Of a stretch of DNA of 64,000 nucleotides, positions 13,209 through 25,922 are shown piece by piece. Numbering within the stretch: position 1 is the first letter of the stretch; every line of letters begins with the position of its first letter. Made by a program: the position numbers and the translations under genes. The notes beneath the pieces were generated by a model, which searched no databases, was not told the DNA's origin, and saw only the letters and a list, made by a program, of their open reading frames with translations. Location: the NCBI RefSeq assembly GCF_004010195.1, contig NC_057718.1, positions 51,902,373 to 51,966,372 of the forward strand, read 5' to 3'. The DNA comes from Chiloscyllium plagiosum (taxonomy: Eukaryota).

Positions 13209-15327
13209 ATGTGGAGCTGCTGGTGTTGGACTGGGGTGGACAGAATTAAAATTCACACAACACAAGGTTATAGTCCAACAGGTTTATTTGGAAATACTAG
13301 TATACGGATCTCTGTTCCTTCATCAGGTAGCTGTGAAGCAGGATCATAAGACACAGAATTTATAGCAAAAGATCATAGTGTCATGCAACTGATCCAATAT
13401 ATTGAACAAACCTAGATTGCTGTTAGGTCTTTCATCGTTTAGAATGGGTTGCAGGTATCGATTCATTAATATGTAAATCTCAGAACTTCTTTCAAGTCAA
13501 ATTCCTGAGACAACTTAAGGTTTTATAAAACAAAAGGTGACATAGTTAGGCCACCTTTGGAAAATTGCATGCATTTTGGGTCTCCTTCCTATCAGAAGGA
13601 TTTTGTGAAACTTGAAAGGGTTCAGAAAAGATTTACAAGGATGCTGCCAGGGTTGGAGGATTTGAGCTATAGGGAGAGGCTGAATAGGCTGGGGCTATTT
13701 TCTCTAGAGCATCGGAGGCTGAAGGGTGACCTTAAAGAGGTATATAAAATCATGAGGGGCGTGAATAGGATAATCAGACATGGTGTCTTCCCTGGGGAGA
13801 GGGGTCGAGAACTAGAAGGCATAGGTTTAGGGTGAGAGGGGAAAGATATAAAAGGGACCTAAGGAACAATGTTTTCACATAGAGGATAGTGTGTGTATGG
13901 AGTGAGCTGCCAGAAGAAGTTTTGGAGGCTGGTACAATTACAGCATTTAAAAGGCATTTGAATGGATATATAAATAGGTAGGGTTTAAAGGGATATGGAC
14001 CAAGTGCTGGCTAATGGGACTAGATAAGGTTAGGATATCTGGTCGGCATGAACGGGTTGGACCGAAGGGTCTGTTTCCGAGCTGTACATCTCTATGACTC
14101 TCTGATCTCAGTTCAGACAATGCATTAAGTCGGTCTGTATTCCAATCTTGAGTCAGACTGGTTCTAATTCTAAAATAGGAATTTATAAAATGTCACATGG
14201 ATTGACTGCCTGCAGATTGCAGGCTTTTCTGTAAATACAATTCTGCAAATGCAAATTTACCCTATAGACTTATATGTGTATGTGCATGCATGTGAGGGAG
14301 AGAGAGAGAGTGAGCGTGTGTGTGCACGCATGCGCATGTTTCTCACCTGCAAGGATGCCCTGAGGCATGGTACATTAGTGAGACCAAGCAGACGCTATAA
14401 CAATGCATGAATGGACACTGTGCAACAATCATCAGACAGGGATGTTCCCTCCCAGTTGGGGAACACTTCAGCGGTCTGGGGCATTTTACCAAAGATCTTT
14501 GGGTGACCGTCCTCGAAGGCACACTTCAGGAGAACAACAATGCAGATGGGCTGAGCAGAGGCTGATAGCCAACTTCCGTACCCATGAGGATGGCCTTAAC
14601 CCGAACCTTGGGTTCATGTCACACTATAGGTGACCCCACTACACTATACACTCATACATATACACACATACAACACTTTCACATGCTCGCACACTGATGC
14701 AGACCCTCTCTCATATACATGCTGTTTCTCAGACATACACACATACACCCACACACTCTCACCCATGCGCATACTCTCTCACAGGCTTATACTCCGTCAC
14801 ACTCAAGCACACTCTACCAAGCACGCGCACACACACACACACACACACATCTATAGGGTGAAGTTGCACGTGCAGAATTGCATTTACAGCTACATTCTAT
14901 TTTGTTCAAAAAGCACACAACCTGCAGACCGTCAATCCATGTAACATTTTATAAATTCCTGCTTTGGAAACAGAACCAGTTGGACTCAAGATTGGAATAC
15001 AAACAGACTCTAACCTCATACCTTTAATGCATTATCTGAGTTGAGATGTCACCTTTTTAAAGTTATCTTTGGAATATTATTTGAACGAGGCTCTGGGATT
15101 TACATATTAATGAATGGCTACCTCCAATCCATTCTAAAAGATGAAAGACTTAACAACAATCGAGGCTTGTTCAATATATCAGTTGCATGACACTATGATC
15201 TTTTGCAGTAAATTCTGCGTTTTATGATCCTGCCCCAATAGTTACTTGATGAAGGAGCAGCGCTCTGAAAGCTAGTACCCCCAAATAAACCTGTTGGACG
15301 ACAACCTGGTGTTGTGTGATTTTTAAC
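13209..15327. mobile_element. Penelope-like element (family B), 5'-truncated, with long inverted pseudo-LTR and internal GIY-YIG fragment
   Basis: Left arm 13236-14335 (interrupted by CR1) is the reverse complement of about 14820-15327. tggtacattagtgagaccaagcagacgcta gives WYISETKQTL (YIGET motif), followed by AEQRLIANFRTHEDGLN. Degenerate TSD tgatcatcatg / tgattatcgtg. Confidence 0.85.
13544..14103 (+). mobile_element. CR1 (HER1-like) LINE 3' fragment inserted in the PLE arm
   Basis: LERVQKRFTRMLPGLEDLSYRERLNRLGLFSLE; tail ggaccgaagggtctgtttcc...ctatgactc. Confidence 0.92.
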
Positions 15328-15957
15328 TGATTATCGTGGAGAAGTGAACCCAACTTAATGTCAGAGAGCCCCCGCAGCATGAAGTTGACTTTTCAAAAAT
15401 GTCTGCACACCAGAGTATTACACAAGGATTTTCTAGCAGTTTAGTTTCATTTTCAATCATGACACAAACCTATTTCCCCAGGCAGCCACTGGGTGCCATT
15501 GTCAGTGAGTGGGGCATGGGAGGGAGTAAACTTATAGTTAAATGTTCATGGCTATATGTTAATGGTGAAAAGAGGTATTGTAAAAGGACTTGCAGTTTTA
15601 TGGACTAACTTGGGGTAAAAAGATGTAATGTAATGGGTAGAATACCTAAATTAAAGGATAAACAGTGGCCATGTGCTATGTCATAGCAATGTTAGAACAC
15701 ATGGAACTGAAACTTGAGTTTACAGGGCTCCAGATAATATGACCTCTCCTATCCCTATCAAGCACTGAACACAGTAATGTACAATAAGACCTTATTGCAA
15801 TTCATTCACAAGCAAATAGGCCTCACACTGCTACAATTTTAGGGATAGAGCAGTACTTTACAAAGACAAAATGATGGTGGGTATAGTTCTTCAGAAGGGC
15901 TTTGCTAATGAAAACTTTCGGGGGGGGGGGGGAATAGCTTAACTCTTTAGAAGTTAT

Positions 15958-16275
15958 GGGCGGCATGGTGGCACAGTGGTTAGCACTGCTGACTCACAGC
16001 GCCAGAGACCCGGGTTCAATTCCTGCCTCAGGTGACTGACTGTGTGGAGTTTGCACGTTCTCCCCGTGTCTGCGTGGGTTTCCTCCAGGTGCTCCGGTTT
16101 CCTCCCACAGTCCAAAGATCTGCAGGTTAGGTGAATTGGCCATGCTAAATTGCCCGTAGTGTTAGGTAAGGGGTAAATGTAGGGTTATGGGTGGGTTGCA
16201 CTTCGGCAGGTCGGTGTGGACTTGTTGGGCCGAAGGGCCTGTTTCCACACTGTCATGTAATCTAATCTAATCTAA
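15958..16275 (+). mobile_element. Full-length HE1-type SINE (tRNA head, V-SINE-like core, CR1-like tail)
   Basis: gggcggcatggtggcacagtggttagc, gggttcaattc B box, gggccgaagggcctgtttccacactgt followed by (tctaa)n. Confidence 0.93.
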
Positions 16276-17285
16276 AAAGAGGGAAATGTTAACAATATTA
16301 GCTCATACATGGTCAAGAAGTGAAGTTGTGTTTTAAGTAGCATAAATCAAGGTAATTAATAAATAATTTTAAGTATTTAAGATTATATTTTCTCAGGACA
16401 CTCCATAGCTCAAGGAGAAACCAATACAGTTCTGAAAATTATGAAAGATTTCACTGGTACTGGTTATACATATATTGTGAATTAACACAAGAAAACAAAA
16501 TAGCTATTTCATAGAATTATTTATTTTCAATGCTCTTGTATCACAAAATGAATATTTAGCTAATGTCTTGTTATCATTTGGAATGGAACTGGATAAATAC
16601 TTGTAAACTATCTTGAAGTGACCCAAAAAGAGTAGGAAATTCAGGTGAGTAAAAACCTCCAATTGGCAAAGGCACATTGAGCTTGTTTGTGCACTGTAAA
16701 TTTTATAACAATCTTGTCTGAAAAATATATAAGAAGAAGGACATGCTCGGGATCTGAAGTTGAGAACACAAGTCAGGCAGAATAGGCACAGTCAAAATAT
16801 TTCAAACAAATGCATTACTTACCAATTTTTAGTTAAAAAGCTGTCATGCTGATTTTTAGGACTGTCATAGAAATCAGATGAATAATTTTAAAATGCCTCA
16901 CTAATGAGTTTGTGAAAGGAGTGGATGACATTAGGCTAATTAAACAAAAGACAAAGTAATGAGGAAGAATGGGAATGTAGGAAATGACAAGAACAACTGG
17001 GGCACAATGACTGTCATTTGAGTATTCAAACGGCAGTAATTTGAAATCTAACTTTGCACTTTAAAGGAATGATAATAAATGAGATTTAATTAATGCATAA
17101 AATGTATTTTATGCAATTTCATAATGCAGAATTTGCTATGCTTGCCTTCAAAAGGCATTACTTTTGATGTTCGTAGCAGATGTGCCTCTGAACTTGCTGT
17201 TTTTCAGTAACATCTCTTCAGTTTTACTTCTGCAATATATTTTCTCTGAGTTTTCATTGAAGTCGAGAGGGAAACTCTGAGCAAA

Positions 17286-17342
17286 CCCATATCCCACGTT
17301 TTCTAATTCTGAGCCCCATATCCCACGTTTTCTAATTCTGAG
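17286..17342 (+). repeat. Tandem duplication with 29-bp period
   Basis: cccatatcccacgttttctaattctgag at 17286-17313 and 17315-17342. Confidence 0.92.
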
Positions 17343-19139
17343 TCCTCAGTAGCAGAAGATGCCCAGAAGATAAATTTAATATTCATTGTTCTGATTTTGT
17401 TGTGGGCCAGGAGAGACATAATGGCAAGCCCAGCACCAAAGGCCCACCCTAAGTTAGGCTACCATAGCAAACCATAGCAAAACAAAACATGGCCCCAGTC
17501 ACCATTCACCATTCTTAAACTCCTTTCATTTTCTCCATCCGGCCCCAAGCTTTGAAATGCTATCATCACAAATTCACCATTCGAATCATGGTCTCAAAAC
17601 TTTCATCTTTTTTGGCTCCTAAGTATGACTCCTTTGCACTCTCAATCATCAGGTTTTAGACTAGATACAGCAGCACGTCATTTAACTGAGACTCGGCTAT
17701 TTAGACAGATTGTTACGGCATATTCCTGGCCTTGTCAGATTTGACACACGCAAACACGATACCCTCCCTTTGATTTGTTTCGTGCGACTTCATTTATCTG
17801 TTCTGTAAATTTTCATGCTGCAACACTGAACTTTTCTTCACTTTATCCAGATAGGCATTATGTCATAGGCATTACTCTTGCATTTGTCAATGACTACAGA
17901 TGCTGAATTCCTGACTTGCTGCATTCCTTCGAGATTAAGGCTATTTAGCTGTTTGCTATTTTGAGTACTTTTACTTCCATCAGTAGGGCAGTGTAGCTTT
18001 ACATTTCTATAATGGTTTTTTTGCAGTGATTTCATATCAACCACGTTTCATATGCTCTCCCCATAATGTTGTCCAAAAACACTCACATCTTTTAAAGATG
18101 AACCTGTCCAGAGTGCTATGAAGTAAATTATTATGAAATAGTTTTCTTGCAAAGATACAAAGCCTTTTGGCTATGGCTGCATTATATCAGCAATGAAATA
18201 TGAATTATTCCTGATTCATTGCCTTACACAGTTCCCTAAAAGTCTGTTATTTACAGCATTGGTAGGTTTTGCTGAAAGAAAATGGCATCTGAATGGCATA
18301 TACTGTTATTAATATGCAAATTGGTTATCAAACTGTCGTGAAGAATAGATACCCTGTGAATTGCAAAATATCACAAGTTGACAACTGGATAGTGTCGCAC
18401 AGCAATTAGCTTTCGGAAAAGAAGACTGCATGTTTAACTGCCCAGCAAACTGTATTTACACACTTATTGTTCACTAAACCCACCACTGGGAGTCAAGCCT
18501 AGCAATTAACAATAAAGGGTCTTCCAGAACAAGGAGTTGACCCTGACCGATGTGTAGGCCTGGCACATTCCAAGGTTCAGCACTGTGTGTTGAGGGACAC
18601 AATAAAGTTGGGGCAGCTGCCACTAAGGCAGAGTGGGGAAAGACCACTGACTGAGGTCTTTCTGCTGAGGTTAATTGGGGGACCATTCTGTCATCAGACC
18701 CTCCCGGTACCTCAAATATATGCAAACAAAGTCTTGCACAAGTGAAAATGCCTTTGGTTTGTTTGCTGGATAGTCTTTTTTCTTCACGTTACTGTACAGA
18801 ACCGAACTGCTCTAGGGACTATGCATATAAAGATATTTTATGAATAAAGTACATTATTAATATCAAAAAAATTAACAGCAAAGGTAATTACTGATGACTA
18901 TTAATCAACATCTTTGGCCCAGAAAATGAAGTAAGTGTGGAGTCTAATTCTTCAAAAAATTAATACTTGGAGATTTGATGAAATATTAAATTAAAAATAT
19001 AACTATTTTCTTGCATTGCCTTTCTGCTTCTTTTCTCTCCTTCACTTAAACCAATATTTATTTCTCTCTTTTTCTGTAGCTGATTCAACATAGGATGGGA
19101 TACATATGGATAAGGACAAGAATGCACCTTAGATGAAGG

Positions 19140-21570
19140 CTTCAAATTGGGGGAAGGCCATCTATAACCAAAGATTGGGAAAATGTGGGCTGCGAGTGGC
19201 TGTTTGGGGGTAAATCCACATCTGGTACTTGGAGTCTTTTAAGGACCAGCTGATTACAGTGCAGGACAGGCACATTCCTGTGAAAATGAAGGAGAGGAAT
19301 GCAGGATTCGGGTACCTTGGATAACAGGGAAGTTATCAGCTTACTCAAAAAAAAGGAAGCATAGCGAAGGTCTGGGCAACTGAAAACAGACAAAATCCTT
19401 GAAGAATATCAAGAAAGCAGAAATGAACTCAAACAGGGAGTTATGAGGGCTAAAACGGGTTATGAAATGTCCTTAGCCAACAGGGTTAAGGAGAATCCCA
19501 AGGCATTTTATGCATATATTAGGAACAAGATGGTAGCTAGGGAAAGAGTAGGACAAGGATAAAGAAGGGAGGTTATGTGTGGAGCGAGATGAAATGGATA
19601 ACATTCTTAATGAGTATTTTACATCTGTATTCACCAAAGAGAGGAACGTGAGGGATGTTGAGGTTAGGGAAAGGTATTTAAGTACTCTCAGGCAGGCGGA
19701 GGAACAGTTGGGTGTCTTGAAATACATTAATGTCCCCAGGGTCAGGCAGGATCTATCCCAGGACACTGTGGGAGGCAAGGGAGGAAATAGCTGGAGTCTT
19801 AATGGATATCTTTGCATCTTCTTTGGCCTCAAGTGAGGCTCCAGACGACTGGAAAATGGCCAAGGTTACTCCTTTGTCTAAGAAGGGAAACAAAGATAAT
19901 CCAGGTAATTACAAGTCAATGAACCTGATGTCAGTGGTGGGGACGTTTTGGAGAAGATACTGAAGGACCATATATAATCACATTTGGAAGCGAATGGACT
20001 TATTAGTGATAGGCAGCATGGGTTTGTGCAGGGAAGGTCATGTCTCATCAACATGATTGAGTTTTTTGAGGAGGTGACAAGAATGATTGATGAGGGAAGG
20101 GCAGTGGATGTTGTCTACTTGTACTTTAGTGAGGCATTTGATAAGGTACCTCATGGCAGGCTGCTACAAAGGTAGAGTCTTATGGGATCTGGGGGTGTGC
20201 TGGCTGGATGGATACAAAAATGGTTTGGTCATAGAATACAGAGAGTAGCGATGGAAGGGTGCTTTTCAGAATAGAGATCAGTAACAAGTGGTGTTCCACA
20301 GGGATTAGTGCCGGGACCTTTGTTGTTTGTAATATATATAAATGATCCAGAGGAAAATGTAGTCTGATCAGTAAGTTTGCAGGTGATACCAAAATTGGCA
20401 GAGTTGCAGATAGTGAGGAGGTTTGTCAAAGGATACAGTGGGATATAGATAGATTGTAGATATGGGAAGAGAAATGGCAGATGGAGTTTAATCCAGACAA
20501 ATGTGAGGTGATGCATTTTGGAAGATCAAATTCAGGTATAAGTTATACAATAAATAGCAGAACCCTGAGGAGCATTACAGAGTGATTTGGGGGTTCAGCT
20601 CCACAGATCCCTGAAAGTGGTAACACAGGTGGATAAGGTGGTCAAGAAGGCATACCTCATACTTATCTTAATTGGCTGGGGCACTGAATATGAAAGTTGG
20701 CAAGTTATGTTACAGCAGTACAAAACTTCATTTAGATTAGATTAGATTACATTACAGTGTGGAAACAGGCCCTTCGGCCCAACAAGTCCACACCAACCCG
20801 CCGAAGCGCAACCCACCCATACCTCTACATTTACCCCTTACCTAACACTACGGGCAATTTAGCGTGGCCAATTCACCTGACCTGCACATCTTTGTGACTG
20901 TGGGAGGAAACCGGAGCACCCGGAGGAAACCCACGCAGACATGGGGAGAATGTGCAAACTCCACACAGTCAGTCGCCTGAGGCGGGAATTGAACCCAGGT
21001 CTCCGGCGCTGTGAGGCAGCAGTGCTAACCACTGTGCCACCGTGCCGCCCACATTTGCAATATTGTGTGCAGTTCTGGTCGCCACAACACCAGAAAGACT
21101 TCGATGCTTTGGAGAAGGTGCAGAGAATGTTTACTGGGATGTTGCCTGGTCTGGAGGGTTTTAGCTATGAGGAGAGGTGGGATAAACTCAGATTGTCTTC
21201 ACTTGAAAGACGGAGGCTGAGAGATTACCTGATAGAGGTCTATAAAATTATAAGTGGTATAGATAGGGGGGATAGTCAGAAGCTTTTTCCCAGGATGGAA
21301 AGATCAACCACAAGAGGGCACAGGTGTAAGGTGAGGGGAAGAAAGTTTGAGGGCAGGTGTGGGGAAAATATTTCATGTTGAGTGTGGGGGATGCCACACT
21401 GCCAGCAGAAGTGTGGAAGCAGACATGTTGGCAACAATTAAGGCGTATCTCATGAACATGAGGTGAACAGAGGGATAGAAACCGCACATGGGCAATAGCG
21501 GGTCTGAATTACGACTAGGAATTGGTGCAGGCTTGGTGAGCTGAAGGGCCTGTTCCTATGCTGTATTGTA
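19140..21570 (+). mobile_element. Long decayed CR1 LINE ORF2 (RT) plus 3'UTR, interrupted by an HE1 SINE
   Basis: KENPKAFYAY, DWKMAKVTPLSKKGNKDNPGNY, QHGFVQGRSC, VDVVYLYFSEAFDKVPH, SGVPQG, YCVQFWSP, LEKVQRMFT; many stops and frameshifts. Confidence 0.95.
20731..21050 (-). mobile_element. Full-length HE1-type SINE nested in the CR1
   Basis: (ttaga)n ... ccactgtgccaccgtgccgccc; reverse complement of the 15958 copy. Confidence 0.93.
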
Positions 21571-23958
21571 TTATTGCATGCACTTACTCTAACCTCCAGC
21601 TCATTCATTCAGTTATTTATTTCCAAATCATTAAATCTATGGATTGATGCTGATGGTCCTATTTTTCACCAAGGTTTTATATGTGGTTTGCTGCATCAAT
21701 GTTAGTTCATGCTTTGAGCAACCTAATAGCCAAATTTTCAAAATGTGTGAACTAATAAACAAGTATAACTGACAAGGTATACAGTGGTCTACCACCATTT
21801 AACAAAATCTCATGCTTACCTTGATCAGGTTGCCTGAGGTGAATAAAATTGTCTCAAGGCAATTGTCTCCCACCTCCATCTGGAAAAATGTCTCCCCTCA
21901 GAATGCTGTCAGCTAAGAAATGGTCAGCAGTTCTTCAGTGTCAGCACTGGCTTTGGAAGTGGTTTCCATTGAAGAGGCATTTCCCAATGTCTTTCACAAA
22001 ATGAAAGGAGAGTATAAACTGATTTTGTGCCTGCTGCTGGAACCAGGTTGCCAGGTACTGCTGAGAGGGGTGGGAGGGGGTTGGGGGTGGGACTGGAGGG
22101 TGAAGATGTTGGAAAGAAACAATGCTGTGTTCAGCAGTGCAAACACAGAGGAAGGTGGGTAACATTTTAGTTACTCAGGGGTCTCAATTGTTCTCAAGGT
22201 GCCTGAACTGGAGGGTCAATCGCCCACACTAACCCCCATTTTCCCTACTCACATTCAACCTGCAACATATCATGGCCATCCTCCACAATTTTGTAAAGGA
22301 CCATTGGTGATGGGAGGAGATTGCAAATAAAGCTGCCCGTGCCTCCCCAATCCTTACAAGCAGAGGCAGGGAGATGATGCCTTCGTGGCACCTGATCTTA
22401 TCTCTGTCACCTGAGAGCGCTCTTTGGAGTTGAAGTCATAAAATTTCAACCTATTAGTATATTTGAGTAACAAGTTAGAAATGTACCTGCTCTTTAATTC
22501 AGTTTCTATGTGTTTCTTAAATGCTTGTCCTAAGCAAGGAGAGATTATTTCTAACCTAAAATCTGCTCATTCTGTACACTTGATCTATGTTAGATTTTTT
22601 TTTGTCATGCTTTACTTGGCTGTCTTTGTTTGTGGTGAGTCTTTTCATAGTTATATTAAGATCAATTCAAACCACGTTATAAACTGGTGGCAAATAACTA
22701 TGCCTTCAAAGATGGGTGATCTGTCTATTCTGTCAAATCCCATCTGAATGTTCACTTCCTAATCTAACAAATGTAATTGTTAGACTTATGTTGACAGGAA
22801 ATTTGCTAATGTTTCAATATTGTGCAGCTTAGAATAGAGTTGTTGTTATGCATGAATACTTTGGCCAAGAATAAATTACTGTCAGTCGTGTATTTCCATA
22901 TCCACTTTTTTGCCTGATGGCTCTGGAAAATACAGGTTATGTTGCAATTCACACAGAATAGAATTCTAATCTCTGCGAATGACTGATTTTGCTCATTCAC
23001 TAACAAAAACTTCTGAAGCAAATCAACACTGTAATTGTAAATCTTTAGCCATTAAACTGCACATCCTAATCCAATGCTGGTCTTTAGTACAAAGGTGTAT
23101 TAAAAAAATCTGCTGCCATATGCCGCCTAAAGGGATTTGTCAAAAAAATGTTTCAGATAATATCAGGTATTGTGCAGTTCCTCTTGCATTCATTAAATCA
23201 CATCACCTCCTGTTGTTCTCAATTTCGCTTTATATGTTAATCTCAAGTGTTATTGCACATCGTTGCAATTGTTGAAATTGCTCACAAATGTTTGTTATTT
23301 TCCATCAACCACTTCTTCCTTTGTTAACAGCTTGTAATTTTTTTTAAATCTCAGGACAATTTACTTTCAGCTTAAGTTCTTCAAACATTTCAGAAAGAAC
23401 ACATAAAACAAGCTGTCATCAAACAGAGCTTGCACTTGGAGATCCCTTCCATCCAATCCAATGTTTTTCCTCATGACTAATTAAATGCTAAGATGGTAAT
23501 CCTTTTCCATCCCTTCTATGATCCAAGTACGTTACTGATAATTTATTCCTTTCCTTTATAGCTCTGCTATGTTGAAATTGAAACTCACTGCAGCCTTTTT
23601 CATTGATTTCCAGAGATTCCAAAATGTAGATTTCCTTTGTTACTTTTATAAGCTATTGACTTTTTAAGTCAAAGCCAAATGTCTTTAACTTCTGACTTGC
23701 ATTATTTGTGAAGGTTCCTCATCAAAACAGTTAACTTGGTTTCCCTTTTCACAGATGCTTACTGCCCTGTTGAATGCTTCCAGCATTTTTTGGTATATGA
23801 TAGCACAAAGAATGTCTATGCAGTACGTGTCACTGAATTAGGAGAAAAATACAGACCATAAAACACGTAGGTTAGGAAAGAAAAAAAATACAATCTATTT
23901 TTAGTATATTTTTGAAAACCAATGATGATAAGCACTACAAATAGTCAATGTGTCTTTT

Positions 23959-24465
23959 ATAGAGTCATAGAGATGTACAGCATGGAAACAGACCTTTCAG
24001 TCCAACTTGTCCATGCTGACCAGATAATCAAGTTTCATTTGCCAGCATTTAGCCCTTATTCCCTAAACCCTTCCTATTCATGTACCTATCCAGATGCCTT
24101 TTAAAAGTTGTAATTGTACCAGCCTCCACTACTTCCTCTGGCAGACCATTTCACACACGCACCACCCTCTGTGTGAAAAAGTTGCCCCTTAGGTCCCTTT
24201 TAAATCTTTCCCCTCTCATCCTAAACCTATGCCCTCTGGTTCTGGACTTCCCCCACCCCAGGGAAATTTTGTATATTTACCCTATCCATGCCCCTTAAGA
24301 GTTTATAAACCTCTATAAGGTCACCCCTCAGACTCCAAAGCTCCAGAGAAAACAGCCCCAGCCTATTCAGCCTCCTCCATAGCTCAAATCCTTCAGCCCT
24401 GGCAACATCCTTGTAAATCTTTTCTGAACCCTTTCGAGTTTCACAACATCCTTTCAATAGGAGGG
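23959..24465 (-). mobile_element. CR1 LINE 3' fragment
   Basis: RLNRLGLFSLELWSLRGDLIEVYKLLRGMDRV; atagagtcatagag tail. Confidence 0.92.
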
Positions 24466-24569
24466 AGTCAGACTCTGCAGAAAGGTTTGATATATTTTAG
24501 GCATAAAGCTTGCATTAGAACTTGATATTATATTTGATCCCATGGCCAGTGATGTATCGACTGCTGACT

Positions 24570-24860
24570 ATAACAGGAGGCTGGAAGAACACAGAAAGCT
24601 AGGCAGCATCAGGAGGTGCAGAAGTCGACGTTTCGGGTGTAACCCTTCTTCAGGACAGCGAGTGGGTGTGAGGGGAGCTGGAGATAAAGCGTTAGGTGGG
24701 GACAAGATAGTGAAATGGAGATAGGTGAAGACAGGTAGAGAGTACGACCTGGTTGGTCAGTGGGAGGAATGAATCCGGTTGGTGGCAGGGAGATTTGAAA
24801 TTGGAAAACTGAATGCTGAGCCCTCTGGGCTGTAGGGTGCCCAAGCAGAAGATAAACTGC
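24570..24860 (-). mobile_element. PLE 3' end (family A-related)
   Basis: gctggaagaacacag...aggcagcatc end motif, hammerhead motif, and LGTLQPRGLSIQF-like C-terminus on the minus strand. Confidence 0.75.
24624..24656 (-). ncRNA. Minimal hammerhead ribozyme motif, core intact, sense to the neurexin pre-mRNA
   Basis: guc-CUGAAGA-a-GGGU-uac-ACCC-GAAAC-GUC^gac: stem I guc/gac, stem II GGGU/ACCC, palindromic ACGU stem III. Activity untested. Confidence 0.75.
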
Positions 24861-24904
24861 AAAATCTACAGTTTATTTTGTCTTAACTGGACAGCAGTCC
24901 TGAT

Positions 24905-25050
24905 AATAAATAAAAACCAAAAGAACTATGGATACTGTAAATCAGAAACAAAAACAGAAATTGCTGGAAAAGGTCAGCAATTTTGGCAGCATCCGTGAAG
25001 AGAAATCAGAGTTAACATTTCAAGTCCGATGACCCTTCCTCAAAACAGTG
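24905..25050 (-). mobile_element. PLE 3' end (family C) with decayed hammerhead
   Basis: aaacagaaattgctggaaaaggtcagc...cagagttaacatttc...acccttcctca; homologous to 28757-28880. Confidence 0.75.
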
Positions 25051-25697
25051 CCAATAGTGGTCACTTAATTGGTCATCACTTGCTATAATTTCTCTGAGCT
25101 ATCATTGTCTGCCTGAAAAGCCTTGTGGCCCTCTTTTGGTACCTATGATGAAATCCACTGCTAAGCCCTTGCATTCCAAAGCTAATATGCTATAATGAAT
25201 AATAATGTCTATAACAAAAAGCATGTGGGGCCTGAAATTTCAATTTTGGCCCCAAAGGTGAAGTGAAGATGAGTAGCAAGCTAATTTCCTACCCATGGAT
25301 GAAATCTCAGACAAAACCAACTTCTATGAAGAATTCCTCATGTTCATTGATGATCATGATTTCCCAATTGTGGTGAAAGGTTATTCTTTGCCATCTATTT
25401 CATCACAGGAAGATGAGGCTGGCTCAGTTTAATGGCCACAACGGGAATTCCTCCCATTCTGCTCTTATAAGGTATAAGGAAAATCCTTGTTACCCAAGTG
25501 CTGCTTAACTTTTACGAAATCTTTCAAAAATTGAACTGAATAAAAATCCCTTTTTTTGAACAATGGGAAGTACATTAGATGAAATGTCTCTGCAATTTCC
25601 AATCTCTCTAAATATCTCCATTCATTTTCAGGTTGACGTTTCATCTGTATTCCTTCAGGTGTCAGGCAGGGTAACCGCCAAAGAAATTCTTACCCTT

Positions 25698-25922
25698 TGT
25701 AGTGATTGGCCAGGTGGATTGCACTGAGTATGATTTCCCTGATTGGGGCTGTTAACCTGGTGTAATCAAGGAGTCCTGGCTGACAGATATAAACAGGAGT
25801 CTCAGGGATTCTCCTCAGTCTAAGGAATGACTCTGAACTAGCTGATCAGAGTTCTGGTACTGTACATGTGTAAATAAAGAGTAACTTGGTGATGGGATAC
25901 CAGCCCCTACGGAGTTATTTCA
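25698..25922 (+). mobile_element. Probable solo LTR
   Basis: TG...CA ends (tgtagtgatt...ttatttca), internal tataaa then aataaa, near-match 4-bp flanks cctt/catt. Confidence 0.5.

Noticed and set aside
15958..16030. tRNA gene
   Set aside because: The A and B boxes belong to the HE1 SINE head and are followed by SINE body and tail; the same applies to the other copies.
11231..17342. CRISPR-like repeats (27-29 bp duplications at 11231 and 17286)
   Set aside because: Two copies each, no spacer array, vertebrate context; these are simple local duplications.
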